DNA of 64,000 nucleotides from Hadesarchaea archaeon (GTDB lineage Archaea; Hadarchaeota; Hadarchaeia; Hadarchaeales; Hadarchaeaceae), in assembly GCA_029259175.1 (NCBI GenBank), contig JAPDJH010000015.1, positions 1 through 64,000 on the forward strand. Reading direction: 5' to 3'. Position 1 is the first letter of the stretch, and each line of letters begins with the position of its first letter. Below the pieces are notes generated by a model. That model was given only the letters and a program-made list of their open reading frames with translations, was not told where the DNA came from and did not search any database. Positions 16,946 to 26,927 of this stretch are shown in pieces. The position numbers and the translations under genes are program-made.

Positions 16946-17783
16946 TTTGCTCGCCTCCTTCAGCCTGCGGAGAAGGTGAGGCCTCTGGCAATAACAACGC
17001 GCGCAACACAGTTGAAAACATCAAGAAGGTGAGCAGATACCACCAGCCGAATCCGCACGCTACCCACTGCCCGTAGATCGGCAAAAGAATCGAGAAGGGA
17101 AGCCAAGCAACGACCCAGCCGCGGAACGTCCCTGCGAGCAAATACCACAAAACCATCAATGGTATAAAATAGTAGAACGCTGGCTTCATGGTCTCTGTCA
17201 TCACTACCATGTTTTTTTGCTGGATCTCCTTCAAGCGTGGCTCCAGCTTGTGTAATTTCTTTCGGTCTTGCCTTCGAAGGATTTCTCGGTATTCCTTCAT
17301 GAACTGAGAGACCTCAGCTCGGTAGCGATTAACAAGCTCCCAGTTGACCACTCGCTTGTTGAGCAGCGTTATCCCAAGAGAGAGCAGGAACGTTATCCCA
17401 GCAATAATAAAAATAGCGTAGCTGTACAGGGGGGAAACCGAAATCCCCAACAGTCCTGCAGCCTCGATCACGTCACGCTTTAGCGCGAAAATATTTTCCT
17501 CGCTCGGCGACTGCGAAACAGAATCAAATGAACTCAAAATCCTTTGATGAAGCTCGTTATCGATGTTTTCAACTGCTGCGAATTTTTCAGCGTACACACT
17601 TTTGGCATTCGAGATGAGAGAACCTGCCCCTCCCCCTTTCCGTAAAGCTACAACGGCGGAGTCGAGAGTTTTTACTATCGCTTCTAGATCTCCAGAATCT
17701 GCTTGCTGAGCAGCAGCTACCGGGAGCAACGGTATAATCAACACGATCGCGAGCACAGCTGCCCAGTATCGCATCCTTCTCAC
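16932..17783 (-). CDS. EMC3/TMCO1 (DUF106, Oxa1 superfamily) membrane insertase with N-terminal signal peptide and soluble extension
   Basis: TM, coiled coil (YRAEVSQFMKEYRE...), MKPAFYYFIP, LPF, GFGWWYLL; conserved position after adk. Confidence 0.85.
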   Translation of the reverse strand: MRRMRYWAAVLAIVLIIPLLPVAAAQQADSGDLEAIVKTLDSAVVALRKGGGAGSLISNAKSVYAEKFAAVENIDNELHQRILSSFDSVSQSPSEENIFALKRDVIEAAGLLGISVSPLYSYAIFIIAGITFLLSLGITLLNKRVVNWELVNRYRAEVSQFMKEYREILRRQDRKKLHKLEPRLKEIQQKNMVVMTETMKPAFYYFIPLMVLWYLLAGTFRGWVVAWLPFSILLPIYGQWVACGFGWWYLLTFLMFSTVLRALLLPEASPSPQAEGGEQSAST

Positions 17784-18355
17784 CTCAGCACTGAAACCAT
17801 TTGTTCCACCGCCTCATTTAACCTATCGTCGTGATTCGTCACTATCCGAACGGCGGCTCCCGAAATGGCAGAATAGGCCATCGCAACCATCCGATTGAAC
17901 TCTTGGTGCTCCTGTATGGATTGTTCTAACTCTTGATCCCGCTTTCTATCAGCGTCCAGCGTGCGCCTCCGCGCTATCTCTTGAGGTGTGGCTTCAACCA
18001 ACACCAAAACGTCCGGTCTCAGCTCCTGAAGCACCCACAGCGGCAAACCGGGATAATAACCCTCGGGTTTTTTCACAAAACAATGAGTGTCCACGATTAC
18101 TCGCTTTTGTTTTGCAATATCCGCAATCTTTTTCCCGGCCTCTCTCTGGATTTCTCTGTAAACTCCTGTGTCGATTTTCCGCATATCGTCGCGATGAGTC
18201 ACCCCCAGGCGTTCGCGCATTAACTCCAGCATCACGTCGCCATAGTTGACTACCTCGTACTCTATTCCCTGTTGCTTGAGTACCTCTAGCGCCTGCCTAA
18301 CTACTGTGGTTTTGCCTGAACCCGGAACCCCGGTTATTACCACAACTTTACTCAC
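17780..18355 (-). CDS. adkA: Adenylate kinase (archaeal)
   Basis: ITGVPGSGKTT, NYGDVM, RDDMRK, VDTH, GYYPGLP. Confidence 0.96.
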   Translation of the reverse strand: MSKVVVITGVPGSGKTTVVRQALEVLKQQGIEYEVVNYGDVMLELMRERLGVTHRDDMRKIDTGVYREIQREAGKKIADIAKQKRVIVDTHCFVKKPEGYYPGLPLWVLQELRPDVLVLVEATPQEIARRRTLDADRKRDQELEQSIQEHQEFNRMVAMAYSAISGAAVRIVTNHDDRLNEAVEQMVSVLR

Positions 18356-19679
18356 CGATCAACCTCCTCACAGCGGGGAACATTTCGGATACCTGCTCTC
18401 TGGCAATTTGCTCGTATAACGAATAAACAATACCCACAGTCAATAAAATACCTGTGCCGCTGCCCAACGCCCCCATAATGTCCGCACCGGCCGAAATCAA
18501 ACCTACGAACGCGCTGCCTAAGATCGTGGTCGGGATAATATAACGCCCGAGCACCTGCTCCATCACGCGGACATCTCTTCTATAACCTGGAATCATCATC
18601 CCTGCATCATCCAGCTGACGCGCTATATCGCGAGGACTCATGTTGGTCATGTAAATCCACATCCATCCAAATCCTACGGACAAAGCGACCAAAACCGCCA
18701 CGTAGATCACCGTTCGAAGAGGATCCGCCACCACGGATGCTAACCCATTGGGAGGTTGTGTGTAATAGGTCAACCACGGCACGTTGAAGAGTGCAGAAAC
18801 TATTCTGAAATTGGCGAAAACGGTCATTGCCAAAATCACTGGAATGTTAGAAGTGTAAAGGAATCTTATTGGATAACGCGCGCGGATGCCGCCATAGTGA
18901 GAGTAAGAGACGGGGATCTCGATCCTGAGCGTCTGCGTGTAGACTACTACAAAGAATATGATGACTGTGGCCACCAACCCAATCATGGTGTTCGGACCTC
19001 CAGCGAAAAACGCCGTTATGAAATCTTCACCGCGCCCCAGATCTCTTAGAAACACTGGGATCACCCCGCTACCGGGATTCAGCGCAAGCCAGAAAACTGT
19101 CATCGCCACACCTCCCGCTATAAACAAACTGACACCGCTACCAAATCCGTACTTCGACACAACCTCGTCCAAAAAGATCACAATGATCGCGCCTAGAGCC
19201 AGCTGGAACAATATGAATAAGCCTGGCGCCGAGCTAAACGGGACTCCATAGCGCCCGGACAATACGAGCATCGACCCCTCGAATACTGCAACCAGAATGG
19301 ACAGAAGTTTTTGAGTACTCGTGAACACCGCTCTGTCCTCCGGATCCGTGAGATCCAAATTTATTATTTTGCTTCCAACCAGTAGTTGCATTATGATACC
19401 TGCCGTAACAATCGGACCTATACCCAGTTCCATCAGTGTGCCGGCCTGGCTTGCAAAAATAAATCTCAGCTGGCCCAGTAACTCACTGACCTGCTGCCCA
19501 GTGGGTATGCCATACAGGGGGATCTGCGCCATCACAAAGAATAACGCCAGCGCAATAACTGTCCAAATAAATTTTTCTTTGAACGGAACATGGCGCTTGG
19601 GCACTGCAATTTCCGGCATACGGCGGAGAAGCGGCTCAAGCGCGTACAGTTTCGATCTCGGCTTGGGTATCTCCTCCAT
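18348..19679 (-). CDS. secY: Preprotein translocase SecY/Sec61-alpha
   Basis: GTLMELGIGPIVTAGII, GFGSGVSLFIA, FLYTSNIPVI, IPGYRR, SGTGILLTV. Confidence 0.98.
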   Translation of the reverse strand: MEEIPKPRSKLYALEPLLRRMPEIAVPKRHVPFKEKFIWTVIALALFFVMAQIPLYGIPTGQQVSELLGQLRFIFASQAGTLMELGIGPIVTAGIIMQLLVGSKIINLDLTDPEDRAVFTSTQKLLSILVAVFEGSMLVLSGRYGVPFSSAPGLFILFQLALGAIIVIFLDEVVSKYGFGSGVSLFIAGGVAMTVFWLALNPGSGVIPVFLRDLGRGEDFITAFFAGGPNTMIGLVATVIIFFVVVYTQTLRIEIPVSYSHYGGIRARYPIRFLYTSNIPVILAMTVFANFRIVSALFNVPWLTYYTQPPNGLASVVADPLRTVIYVAVLVALSVGFGWMWIYMTNMSPRDIARQLDDAGMMIPGYRRDVRVMEQVLGRYIIPTTILGSAFVGLISAGADIMGALGSGTGILLTVGIVYSLYEQIAREQVSEMFPAVRRLIGE

Positions 19680-20121
19680 CACCTTCACCGGAGATTATTC
19701 TGCCCCCTGCCTCCTCCACCTTCGCCTTCGCGCGCTCAGAAGCCTGTTCCACCCGGATCTCCATTTTTCGCGTAACCCTGCCGCGGCCAAGCAGTTTGGT
19801 GTAACCCAGCTGACCCAAATCTATTCTGTACATCTCGTCATGGCGCTGAATCAGATTTTGTTTTTCCCACTCCGGGATGCGTTCCTCGAGTTCCTCCAGA
19901 TTGATTTCACGCACAGATGACTTTGGGCCATGATACACGAAACCCCTTTTTCCAAAATAATCAGGCTCGTGCCGGATTACCCACGACCAAAGATGCTTGT
20001 GACGGCCGCTGGCTCCTTTTCCCCCTTTCTCCCCACTTCCTCTTCCCCGCTTCGCACATCCGCGTCCATGCGTGCGCGAGCCTCGTTTTTTCACGACTTT
20101 CTTTCTCTTCCTGACCACCAT
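19636..20121 (-). CDS. rpl15: 50S ribosomal protein uL15
   Basis: KKRGSRTHGRG, GGKGASG, YFGKRGF, KLLGRG. Confidence 0.96.
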   Translation of the reverse strand: MVVRKRKKVVKKRGSRTHGRGCAKRGRGSGEKGGKGASGRHKHLWSWVIRHEPDYFGKRGFVYHGPKSSVREINLEELEERIPEWEKQNLIQRHDEMYRIDLGQLGYTKLLGRGRVTRKMEIRVEQASERAKAKVEEAGGRIISGEGDGGDTQAEIETVRA

Positions 20122-20135
20122 GGGATATCCCACCT

Positions 20136-20600
20136 TCACATCATCCGCAATATCAATTCATTTATCTTCTCTCCCCGATAGCCGAGATCTCCGCCCTCAG
20201 CAACGGATTTTTTTGTGGATCGATATCCTTTTTTCGGGGGGTGAAGCCTGAAGACCTTTTTCAGGCCCGGAACATCTCTCAAGCTCGCCTTGCCAGCACA
20301 AACCGCTTCGGCGAACTCGCCAAACCCTCCCAATCCCAGCATCTGCAAAAGTTTTTCATCAAGTTTTTTGTCACCGATTAGTCTTCCCCGCTTGCGAAGC
20401 AACTTTTCGAGAGTCTGTGGAGTGATCTCCCCCCAAGTTATATAGTCTTTGCTCTTCTGAAGCATTCCGCGGATAGAAGGAGTGTTATCTACAACCACAC
20501 AATGATTTATCCGCGTGAGGCCCAACAACCTGAGCGTGTCCATCACGTCTTTGCGCCCACGCACCCCTCCTCGGACCCTAACCACTGCCAGCTTCACCAC
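20136..20600 (-). CDS. rpl30: 50S ribosomal protein uL30
   Basis: [29 protein letters not shown]. Confidence 0.96.
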   Translation of the reverse strand: MVKLAVVRVRGGVRGRKDVMDTLRLLGLTRINHCVVVDNTPSIRGMLQKSKDYITWGEITPQTLEKLLRKRGRLIGDKKLDEKLLQMLGLGGFGEFAEAVCAGKASLRDVPGLKKVFRLHPPKKGYRSTKKSVAEGGDLGYRGEKINELILRMM

Positions 20601-21261
20601 TTACCTCACCGGCCTGACCAATCGTGACTTTCATGCGTGGCGGAAGAACTAAACGCGTCGTCTGCTTCAGCGCCTCAAACACAGCGAAAGCAAAATTGAC
20701 CGTTGTTCGTGTCTCTCCCCGCGATGTGACCCACGCATCTTTTATTCCCGCCAGTTTCAGGATAGTGCTTGGAACTTCGGCCCCTACCAAGCCAAGGCCT
20801 CTGGGTGCGGGTTTGATGGTCACTGAAACGCTTCCGCATTTCCCAGTGACTTCTGCTGGAACTGAATGTGGTCTGTTACATCCGCATTCCCAGCTTCCAC
20901 ACCCCCGTGCAACTGCAACAATGTTGAGTTTTGCACTTCCAATCGATTTCCTTATTGCTTGACCGATCTCTCTAGCCCTGCTTTTACCCACCCCCACTAT
21001 TCCATCACCGTTTCCCACCACCGACACCACACGATATCGAACCCGACGCCCCGACTTGTGCATGCGTTGCATGAGCCCTATCGACAGAATCTCCTCTTGA
21101 AGGTTGGGAACCAGCGCGTCGACAATCTCGATTTCCATTATTCGCTTCCCGCTCTTTAGGATGTCCAGAATGTTAGTGATCTTCCCCTCCTTCACCATTT
21201 GGCCAAGCTTCGTCCTAGGTGTCCACAAGTTTATGTCGAACTGCTCACCCGCTGGTCTCAT
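20578..21261 (-). CDS. rps5: 30S ribosomal protein uS5
   Basis: [27 protein letters not shown]. Confidence 0.97.
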   Translation of the reverse strand: MRPAGEQFDINLWTPRTKLGQMVKEGKITNILDILKSGKRIMEIEIVDALVPNLQEEILSIGLMQRMHKSGRRVRYRVVSVVGNGDGIVGVGKSRAREIGQAIRKSIGSAKLNIVAVARGCGSWECGCNRPHSVPAEVTGKCGSVSVTIKPAPRGLGLVGAEVPSTILKLAGIKDAWVTSRGETRTTVNFAFAVFEALKQTTRLVLPPRMKVTIGQAGEVSGEAGSG

Positions 21262-21853
21262 CTTGGCTCCCTCCTCTCATTATCTGGTCTTTCACGGTCA
21301 TAAAGTGTGCTTCGAGTTCTTCTGGAGGCAGTCCTCGAGACAAATACTGGGAAAATCTTTTCTGATATTCCTCCGACTTCTGCTTCAGTTTTTTTGCATA
21401 TTCCACTATGTGGCGTCCAGCAATTCTGTCCTCACTGGGCAACACGCTGTCCTCATGTGGGATCTGCAGTCCCGCATCAAGAGCCCCCTTTAGTACAGCA
21501 AACACGCGGGCGCCCTTGCGAGCAGCGTGACGGCCGATATCCAGGACCGCTTCCGTAATGCCTCGTTGCAAAGCCTGCTTGCCACAGAGATATCCCACCA
21601 AATAAGCAGCAGGAGTGTTCTTCGTGCCCCCCTTCCAACCATACCGCTTGAGGTGCTCAGAAGTCACGTGGACAAGAGTGTAGTCTCCTATGCTAGAAGC
21701 CTTCGAAATCATCGCCTGTACCCGGTTCGCACTAACCCTCGCTACCAAACGTGGTTTTCCCGATTTGAGAAGCTTCAATCGCTTCCGATAATCCGTTTTT
21801 CCTTCCCTCTTCCTTCTAAACGGCACCCTATAGCGGGGACCAAACTTGGGCAT
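21245..21853 (-). CDS. rpl18: 50S ribosomal protein uL18
   Basis: [35 protein letters not shown]. Confidence 0.97.
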   Translation of the reverse strand: MPKFGPRYRVPFRRKREGKTDYRKRLKLLKSGKPRLVARVSANRVQAMISKASSIGDYTLVHVTSEHLKRYGWKGGTKNTPAAYLVGYLCGKQALQRGITEAVLDIGRHAARKGARVFAVLKGALDAGLQIPHEDSVLPSEDRIAGRHIVEYAKKLKQKSEEYQKRFSQYLSRGLPPEELEAHFMTVKDQIMRGGSQDETSG

Positions 21854-21857
21854 TCAC

Positions 21858-22304
21858 TCACCTCAGAATTCCTTTCTCCTTCAAGTAAGTCTCAAGGTGG
21901 GCCTTGCTCTTGAAAGCACCGCCCTTGGCCATCCGGTAAAGCCTTCGATACTGGGAGGTGCTCAAAACACCTGCTCGCTTTAGTTCTTGGAGTCTGTGGC
22001 GTAGCGGCCTGATAGTCTGGATCCACCTGCGCTTTCGCGGAGTCCTCGCTTTTTTCGCACCTTTCCTGCTTCCGGGGCCCACTCGTTTTCTCCGCTTGCG
22101 TTTCGCTGCCCGCTCCCGTGCTCGCACCCTGCTGGTCCCCCGCTCAGGTCTAGCTCGAATGACTCCCTTCTCGATGAGCTTTTTAATATCGGCATTTGTA
22201 AGTGCCGCGGCAACTTCCGATTGTCTAGAGGGGTCTATCCAAACGCGGTGAACGCCAACACCAAGCAGTTTCGCAGCCATCCGACGCTTTTTATCCAACT
22301 TCAT
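21858..22304 (-). CDS. rpl19e: 50S ribosomal protein eL19
   Basis: RVWIDP, GPGSRKG, YRMAKGG. Confidence 0.97.
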   Translation of the reverse strand: MKLDKKRRMAAKLLGVGVHRVWIDPSRQSEVAAALTNADIKKLIEKGVIRARPERGTSRVRARERAAKRKRRKRVGPGSRKGAKKARTPRKRRWIQTIRPLRHRLQELKRAGVLSTSQYRRLYRMAKGGAFKSKAHLETYLKEKGILR

Positions 22305-22639
22305 TTGGACACACCCGGATTGAGCACTTTTATTCCCCTCTTCTTTGCCTGCTCGAGTATCGCAAGCCTGAGCCTCCTACCAACCGAGCCCGCAATCCTC
22401 ACTGCTTGGGTTCTTGGATCAATCCTTTCCAGCTCCTTTAGATTCCTCACTAGAACTTCCTCGAAGCCAGACGGATGCTTGCCACGATCTTCACGGCTCG
22501 TTCGATATCCAACAGAAACAACCGGCGGCTTGCCCTTTATTCCCAGCCGCATCTTACTATCGGAGCCGCGAGGTCTGCGCCATTTCTCACCCAACCGCTT
22601 GTGTTTCCACCAGTGTTGCCGCTTAAATCGCTTGCTCAT
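22301..22639 (-). CDS. rpl32e: 50S ribosomal protein eL32
   Basis: FKRQ...WRRPRG.DSKMR, HPSGFEEVLV. Confidence 0.96.
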   Translation of the reverse strand: MSKRFKRQHWWKHKRLGEKWRRPRGSDSKMRLGIKGKPPVVSVGYRTSREDRGKHPSGFEEVLVRNLKELERIDPRTQAVRIAGSVGRRLRLAILEQAKKRGIKVLNPGVSK

Positions 22640-22640
22640 C

Positions 22641-23171
22641 TCATCCCCTCTCCACGATATAACAGCCGTCTTGGAAAATTCTGCGGTCTCGATGTCTCAC
22701 GGCCGTTGCCTGCTCTATGTTGATCGCTGTTTGTCCGACATCATCCTTGTTTATGCCCGACACGATGATTTCATCTCCATTAACCTCCACTTTGGTTTCT
22801 CCTACAATCTTGGCGATGCGCGGATATTTTTCACCCAGCAAGTTATGAATGTACACTTTGTCCTCCTTCACTTCTACTCTTATGGGAAAATGAGAGTAAA
22901 CGGCACGTAATTTGTAAGTGAAGCCTTCAGTAACGCCGCGAAACATGTTGCGGAGATGAGCGCGAACGGTCCCCACAGCTGCCTTTGTTTTTCGTCTCTC
23001 CGACTCAGCCTCTATGACAATCTTTCCGTTCTCGTTACGGATTTTAACATCAGGAAACTGAAAAGTACGCTTCAGAGTTCCCTTTTCCCCGCTAACCTCT
23101 ACTTGATTCCCATCCACCCTTACCTGAACATTCGGAGGGATTTCGATTGTGATCCGGAGCAGAACCGGCAT
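22641..23171 (-). CDS. rpl6: 50S ribosomal protein uL6
   Basis: YSHFPI, NLLGEK, DRRIFQDG.Y. Confidence 0.97.
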   Translation of the reverse strand: MPVLLRITIEIPPNVQVRVDGNQVEVSGEKGTLKRTFQFPDVKIRNENGKIVIEAESERRKTKAAVGTVRAHLRNMFRGVTEGFTYKLRAVYSHFPIRVEVKEDKVYIHNLLGEKYPRIAKIVGETKVEVNGDEIIVSGINKDDVGQTAINIEQATAVRHRDRRIFQDGCYIVERG

Positions 23172-23235
23172 TTTTTCTCCCGCCGAATTTCGATTTTCCC
23201 CATTAAAAGGTTATGTGCGCTGAGAACTCTCGGCT

Positions 23236-23628
23236 CTAAAACACGTACGCTAACAACCGTCCACCTAATCCCCGCTCGAGAGCCTCACGGTGGCTCATGA
23301 TCCCCTGCGATGTCGAAACAACGAGAATACCATAGCCTGCGGCGGGAAGAAATCGCTTTTCCCACTTCTCATACTCATCCTTTTTTACGGCGTAACGCGG
23401 CTTTATGGCTCCACACTCGTTAATTTTTCCGTGTAAATACACCTTGACGGCCCTACCATCTTCGATTGGCTCGTATTTCTGGATGTATCCCTCCTGCTGC
23501 ATTATATCGAGCGTGGCCCTGATGACCTTGGAGACAGGCGAAACGACCGTCTCCTTTTTTCTCGCCCACTCTGCGTTTTGGATCTTGGAAAGAGCGTTAG
23601 CGAGAGGATCAAGCAACACTCCGATCAC
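23236..23628 (-). CDS. rps8: 30S ribosomal protein uS8
   Basis: [29 protein letters not shown]. Confidence 0.97.
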   Translation of the reverse strand: MIGVLLDPLANALSKIQNAEWARKKETVVSPVSKVIRATLDIMQQEGYIQKYEPIEDGRAVKVYLHGKINECGAIKPRYAVKKDEYEKWEKRFLPAAGYGILVVSTSQGIMSHREALERGLGGRLLAYVF

Positions 23629-23784
23629 CTATTGGTATTTTTTGAACCCCATTTTGGGTGCGAGTTCACGGAAACACCTCCTGCACAGCATCAACCCGTA
23701 GCACTGATAGACATAGCCGTGCCTCCCACAATTCCGGCACCGCCGGGCACCTTTCCCGAATTTGCGTGGCTTTTTTTCTTCCAT
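23629..23784 (-). CDS. rps14: 30S ribosomal protein uS14 (Zn-binding; not in ORF track)
   Basis: Hand translation [51 protein letters not shown], between uL5 and uS8. Confidence 0.96.
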   Translation of the reverse strand: MEEKKPRKFGKGARRCRNCGRHGYVYQCYGLMLCRRCFRELAPKMGFKKYQ

Positions 23785-24290
23785 CACACCAACTCCACAC
23801 CAAACTTGTTTTTAATAAATTCCATCGCCTCATCCCGGGTGATCGCATGAGAACGAGGTATTTTCTTCCTTGCTCGTCTCCGATACTTTATCCGATAACC
23901 GGCTCTAGCAAGTGAGACACTCACATCCATGCCCCACATCCCCACCCGGGGGTCATACTTGCAACCCGGAATATCGATGTGTTCCTTGACTCCGAAGGAA
24001 AAGTTACCGTGTCCATTAAATGAGTTCTTTTTAAGCTTGCGGCCAACTGCCTCGAGCAGTTTGTCCAAGAGTTCCTCAGCTCGGCGTCCTCTAAGAGTCA
24101 CCTTGCAGCCAATGGGGGCACCACGTTTAATTCCCCAATCACGTATGGTTTTCTTCGCAAGCGTGCGCGTTGGCTTCTGGCCCGCTATTTCCTGCAATAC
24201 TCGCTCAGCCGTGGCCAAGCGATCCCCGCCTTCACCCACACCGATGTTCAAAACCACTTTCTCTATTTTTATCTCCCTCATTGGATTCAA
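23784..24290 (-). CDS. rpl5: 50S ribosomal protein uL5
   Basis: [34 protein letters not shown]. Confidence 0.97.
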   Translation of the reverse strand: MNPMREIKIEKVVLNIGVGEGGDRLATAERVLQEIAGQKPTRTLAKKTIRDWGIKRGAPIGCKVTLRGRRAEELLDKLLEAVGRKLKKNSFNGHGNFSFGVKEHIDIPGCKYDPRVGMWGMDVSVSLARAGYRIKYRRRARKKIPRSHAITRDEAMEFIKNKFGVELV

Positions 24291-25009
24291 CTTGCACCAC
24301 CCGTACCAAGCAAGGTGATTAGGGGGGAGTCTTCCCCAATAACAAAAGCATATTCACTCGGAGCCTCCACCCGGGCACCGTCCGATTCTAAGATCACTGT
24401 AGTGTGTTTCCCAATCTTGCGAATTCCGACGATTTTTCCAACTATTCCAGGGTTTTTTCCTCTCACGATCAAACCCAAGTTGCCCTCTGCAAGTTTCAGG
24501 TGTTTGAGTACAGAACCATCTTCCAATGAAAGTTGAACCACGTCGCGTCGCTTCACTTCTCTAAAGTCTCCCACTACATTTCGTCCATCGTGCAAATTCA
24601 GCTGGATCTTCCCCCCTCGAACCACTTGCTTTCCTATGACCTGACACAGCTTGTACTTGGCCTCCTCGACGCCTATCTCCACCAAATCTAAACGACCGTG
24701 AGAATCAACGAGAATCCTATAATATTTCCCGAGCTTCGGAATGTGAATCACATCCATGAGTCCCACAGGAAACTTCGGATTTTTTCTGATTCTCCCGTCC
24801 ACTACCACCTCTCCCATAGCCACCACGCGATCAGCTTCCTTAGCATTACGGGCCAAACCCAAATAATCTCTAACAAGCACCCGCAACGGGATTGCGCGAT
24901 CAGCAGAATGCGGTCCGGGGTCGCTCTTGGTGACCCATGCGGCTTCCTTGATTGGTAGTTTCAAGGTCTTAGGCATCGCGTAACGCTTGAGCTGTTTTCG
25001 AGCACCCAT
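24287..25009 (-). CDS. rps4e: 30S ribosomal protein eS4
   Basis: LKRYAMP, PGPHS, VDGRIR..PKFPVGLMDVI, QLNLHDGRN. Confidence 0.97.
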   Translation of the reverse strand: MGARKQLKRYAMPKTLKLPIKEAAWVTKSDPGPHSADRAIPLRVLVRDYLGLARNAKEADRVVAMGEVVVDGRIRKNPKFPVGLMDVIHIPKLGKYYRILVDSHGRLDLVEIGVEEAKYKLCQVIGKQVVRGGKIQLNLHDGRNVVGDFREVKRRDVVQLSLEDGSVLKHLKLAEGNLGLIVRGKNPGIVGKIVGIRKIGKHTTVILESDGARVEAPSEYAFVIGEDSPLITLLGTGGAS

Positions 25010-25010
25010 C

Positions 25011-25373
25011 CTAGCCAGTGCCACCACCTCGTTGCAACACTTTGGTCCGCCAGCGATCTTCCGCCAGTCTCATCAGCGTCACTTTAGAGGGATTAATCGG
25101 CCTCTGGACTTGAGTTCCATCGGCCTTTGTAATTGACGCTCCTTCCACGTAAATAACCCCGCGCTTCGTGTCCACTCTGGTGACTTCGCCCTCCATTCCT
25201 TTGAAATCACCGCGCATTATTTTCACCCGATCGCCCTTTCTAACAGGAAGTGAGCGCCTATTATACTGGACCCGGAGCTCCCTGCTCAGAGGAGCCGCAA
25301 GAAACTTGTGTTTAACGTGTAACGGGGCTTGGTAGCGGGCTTTTCGTTGCTTCCGTGGAGATTTAGTGCTCAT
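25011..25373 (-). CDS. rpl24: 50S ribosomal protein uL24
   Basis: PRKQRK...APLH, VRKGDRVKIMRGDFKG. Confidence 0.97.
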   Translation of the reverse strand: MSTKSPRKQRKARYQAPLHVKHKFLAAPLSRELRVQYNRRSLPVRKGDRVKIMRGDFKGMEGEVTRVDTKRGVIYVEGASITKADGTQVQRPINPSKVTLMRLAEDRWRTKVLQRGGGTG

Positions 25374-25383
25374 TTTTTCACCC

Positions 25384-25809
25384 TTACACCACGATCGATG
25401 CTATTCCCGCAACTTTTGGCCATCTCTCCGCAGCCTCTCTGGCCATGGGTCCCTTGATTTCGGATCCCTTGGGCGCACCATCGGGCGTTACAACCACGGC
25501 GGCGTTGTCCTCGAATTTCACTCGCAGTCCGTCTGTTCTTCGGTACTCCTTCCGTTGCCTTATGATCACAGCCTGAACCAATTGCTTGCGCATCTCGGGC
25601 GTCCCCTTCTTTACAGAAACCACAACCCTATCACCTACGCCCGCTTTGGCCATCCGACGTCTGCTTCCGTGGTAACCAATAACACTAATTATCTGAAGCT
25701 CCTTAGCACCCGTGTTGTCCGCGCACACCAACCTAGCGCCTACCGGCAGAACACGCACCGGAGTAACAGGAGAAACCCCAAATGCCTCGCCAGCACCTTT
25801 CCGTCCCAT
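25384..25809 (-). CDS. rpl14: 50S ribosomal protein uL14
   Basis: [26 protein letters not shown]. Confidence 0.97.
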   Translation of the reverse strand: MGRKGAGEAFGVSPVTPVRVLPVGARLVCADNTGAKELQIISVIGYHGSRRRMAKAGVGDRVVVSVKKGTPEMRKQLVQAVIIRQRKEYRRTDGLRVKFEDNAAVVVTPDGAPKGSEIKGPMAREAAERWPKVAGIASIVV

Positions 25810-25812
25810 CTA

Positions 25813-26112
25813 TCATCTCCTCCTCTTCACCTCAACGACCACAAAAGACTTTGTTTTGCTTAACCTCCGGCATTCCATTATAACCACGTGATCGCCCTCC
25901 TTGGCATTTATACAGGCCGGATTGTGAGCATGGATTTTAGACGTCCTGCGCTCATAACGCTCGTACTTGGGCACATAGTGCATGCGCTCGATCTTCACCG
26001 TCACTGTTTTGTCCATCTTATCGCTCACCACCACTCCCTCCAGCTTTCTGCCTCTCACCCGCACCTCGCCGTGGAACGGGCATTTCTTGTCATTACACAC
26101 TTGAGGCTTCAT
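25813..26112 (-). CDS. rps17: 30S ribosomal protein uS17
   Basis: [25 protein letters not shown]. Confidence 0.97.
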   Translation of the reverse strand: MKPQVCNDKKCPFHGEVRVRGRKLEGVVVSDKMDKTVTVKIERMHYVPKYERYERRTSKIHAHNPACINAKEGDHVVIMECRRLSKTKSFVVVEVKRRR

Positions 26113-26117
26113 CTCAC

Positions 26118-26378
26118 TCACCGCGTTTTTCGTATCCTATCTTCTAGTCTCCCTACGATTTTAACTCCATCTATTTTAATTTGGTTTCCATTTGGGAGAG
26201 TAATCTGGAAAACTGAGGTGTTCTTTGGTACCTTTTTATCACCCGACTTGGTCCGGATCACAAGCATGTTTTTCGTCTCGTCCACAACTTCTCCCTCAAT
26301 CCCTATAAGGCCCGGATGTGAACTCATCACAACACTAACTCGTGACCCAATCAAAGTCGTTTTCAAAAAGTCCTCCAA
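26118..26378 (-). CDS. rnp1: Ribonuclease P protein component 1 (Rpp29/Pop4)
   Basis: LIG.RV.V...[14 protein letters not shown]...VPK; conserved position. Confidence 0.92.
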   Translation of the reverse strand: MEDFLKTTLIGSRVSVVMSSHPGLIGIEGEVVDETKNMLVIRTKSGDKKVPKNTSVFQITLPNGNQIKIDGVKIVGRLEDRIRKTR

Positions 26379-26396
26379 AAGACCGCCTCCAAGGTT

Positions 26397-26705
26397 TTAC
26401 CGTATATCGATCATCTCAGGAGTAAATCCGCTCTCGATCAATATTTTTTTCACACGGTTTTTGTGGTCTCCCTGCAACTCAATTCTACCCTCTTTGGCTG
26501 TTCCACCACACGCCAGCCGCGATTTCAGTTTTTTAATCAATTCCCTCATCGAAGTGCTGGACTCGTTCAACCCGTCGATCACCGTAACCACCTTGCCAAA
26601 TTTGCGTTTCTCGGTGTAGATCGAAATGCGCTGTTGCTCTCTCGATATCTCTTGGCAGACACAGATATCCTTGGGGAGACCACAAACCTTGCATATCTCT
26701 TGCAG
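26397..26705 (-). CDS. sui1: Translation initiation factor aIF1 (SUI1), 102 aa, apparent CTG start
   Basis: (L/M)QEICKVCGLPKDICVCQEISREQQRISIYTEKRKFGKVVTVIDG...LACGGTAKEGRIELQGDH. The ORF track has only the last 64 aa. Confidence 0.93.
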   Translation of the reverse strand: MQEICKVCGLPKDICVCQEISREQQRISIYTEKRKFGKVVTVIDGLNESSTSMRELIKKLKSRLACGGTAKEGRIELQGDHKNRVKKILIESGFTPEMIDIR

Positions 26706-26708
26706 CTC

Positions 26709-26927
26709 TCACTCACCTCCACGAGATTTTTCGTGAATTATCGTCAAGATCCGTGCAATCGAGCGGCGCAAATCCCTGATCTTTATTGGGTTCTCCAACG
26801 TGCCTCCTGCCTTAATGGTTGCCTTCGCTCGAGCCAACTCTGCCCTCAGCTCACGGAGTTTCTCAATCATTTCCTCTCGCGTCATCGCTCGGATTTCACT
26901 GGGCTTCAGCCTCGCCACTCTCACCAC
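26709..26927 (-). CDS. rpl29: 50S ribosomal protein uL29
   Basis: EIRAMT.EE..EKL.ELRAEL...ENP.KIR.LRRSIARILT. Confidence 0.96.
   Translation of the reverse strand: MVRVARLKPSEIRAMTREEMIEKLRELRAELARAKATIKAGGTLENPIKIRDLRRSIARILTIIHEKSRGGE

Noticed and set aside
19636-26927. Gene overlaps and acidic Gly/Glu tails on uL15, uS5, uL18 and uS3
   Set aside because: Explained by reading through GGAGGTGA-type RBS sequences in a compact operon; ordinary.
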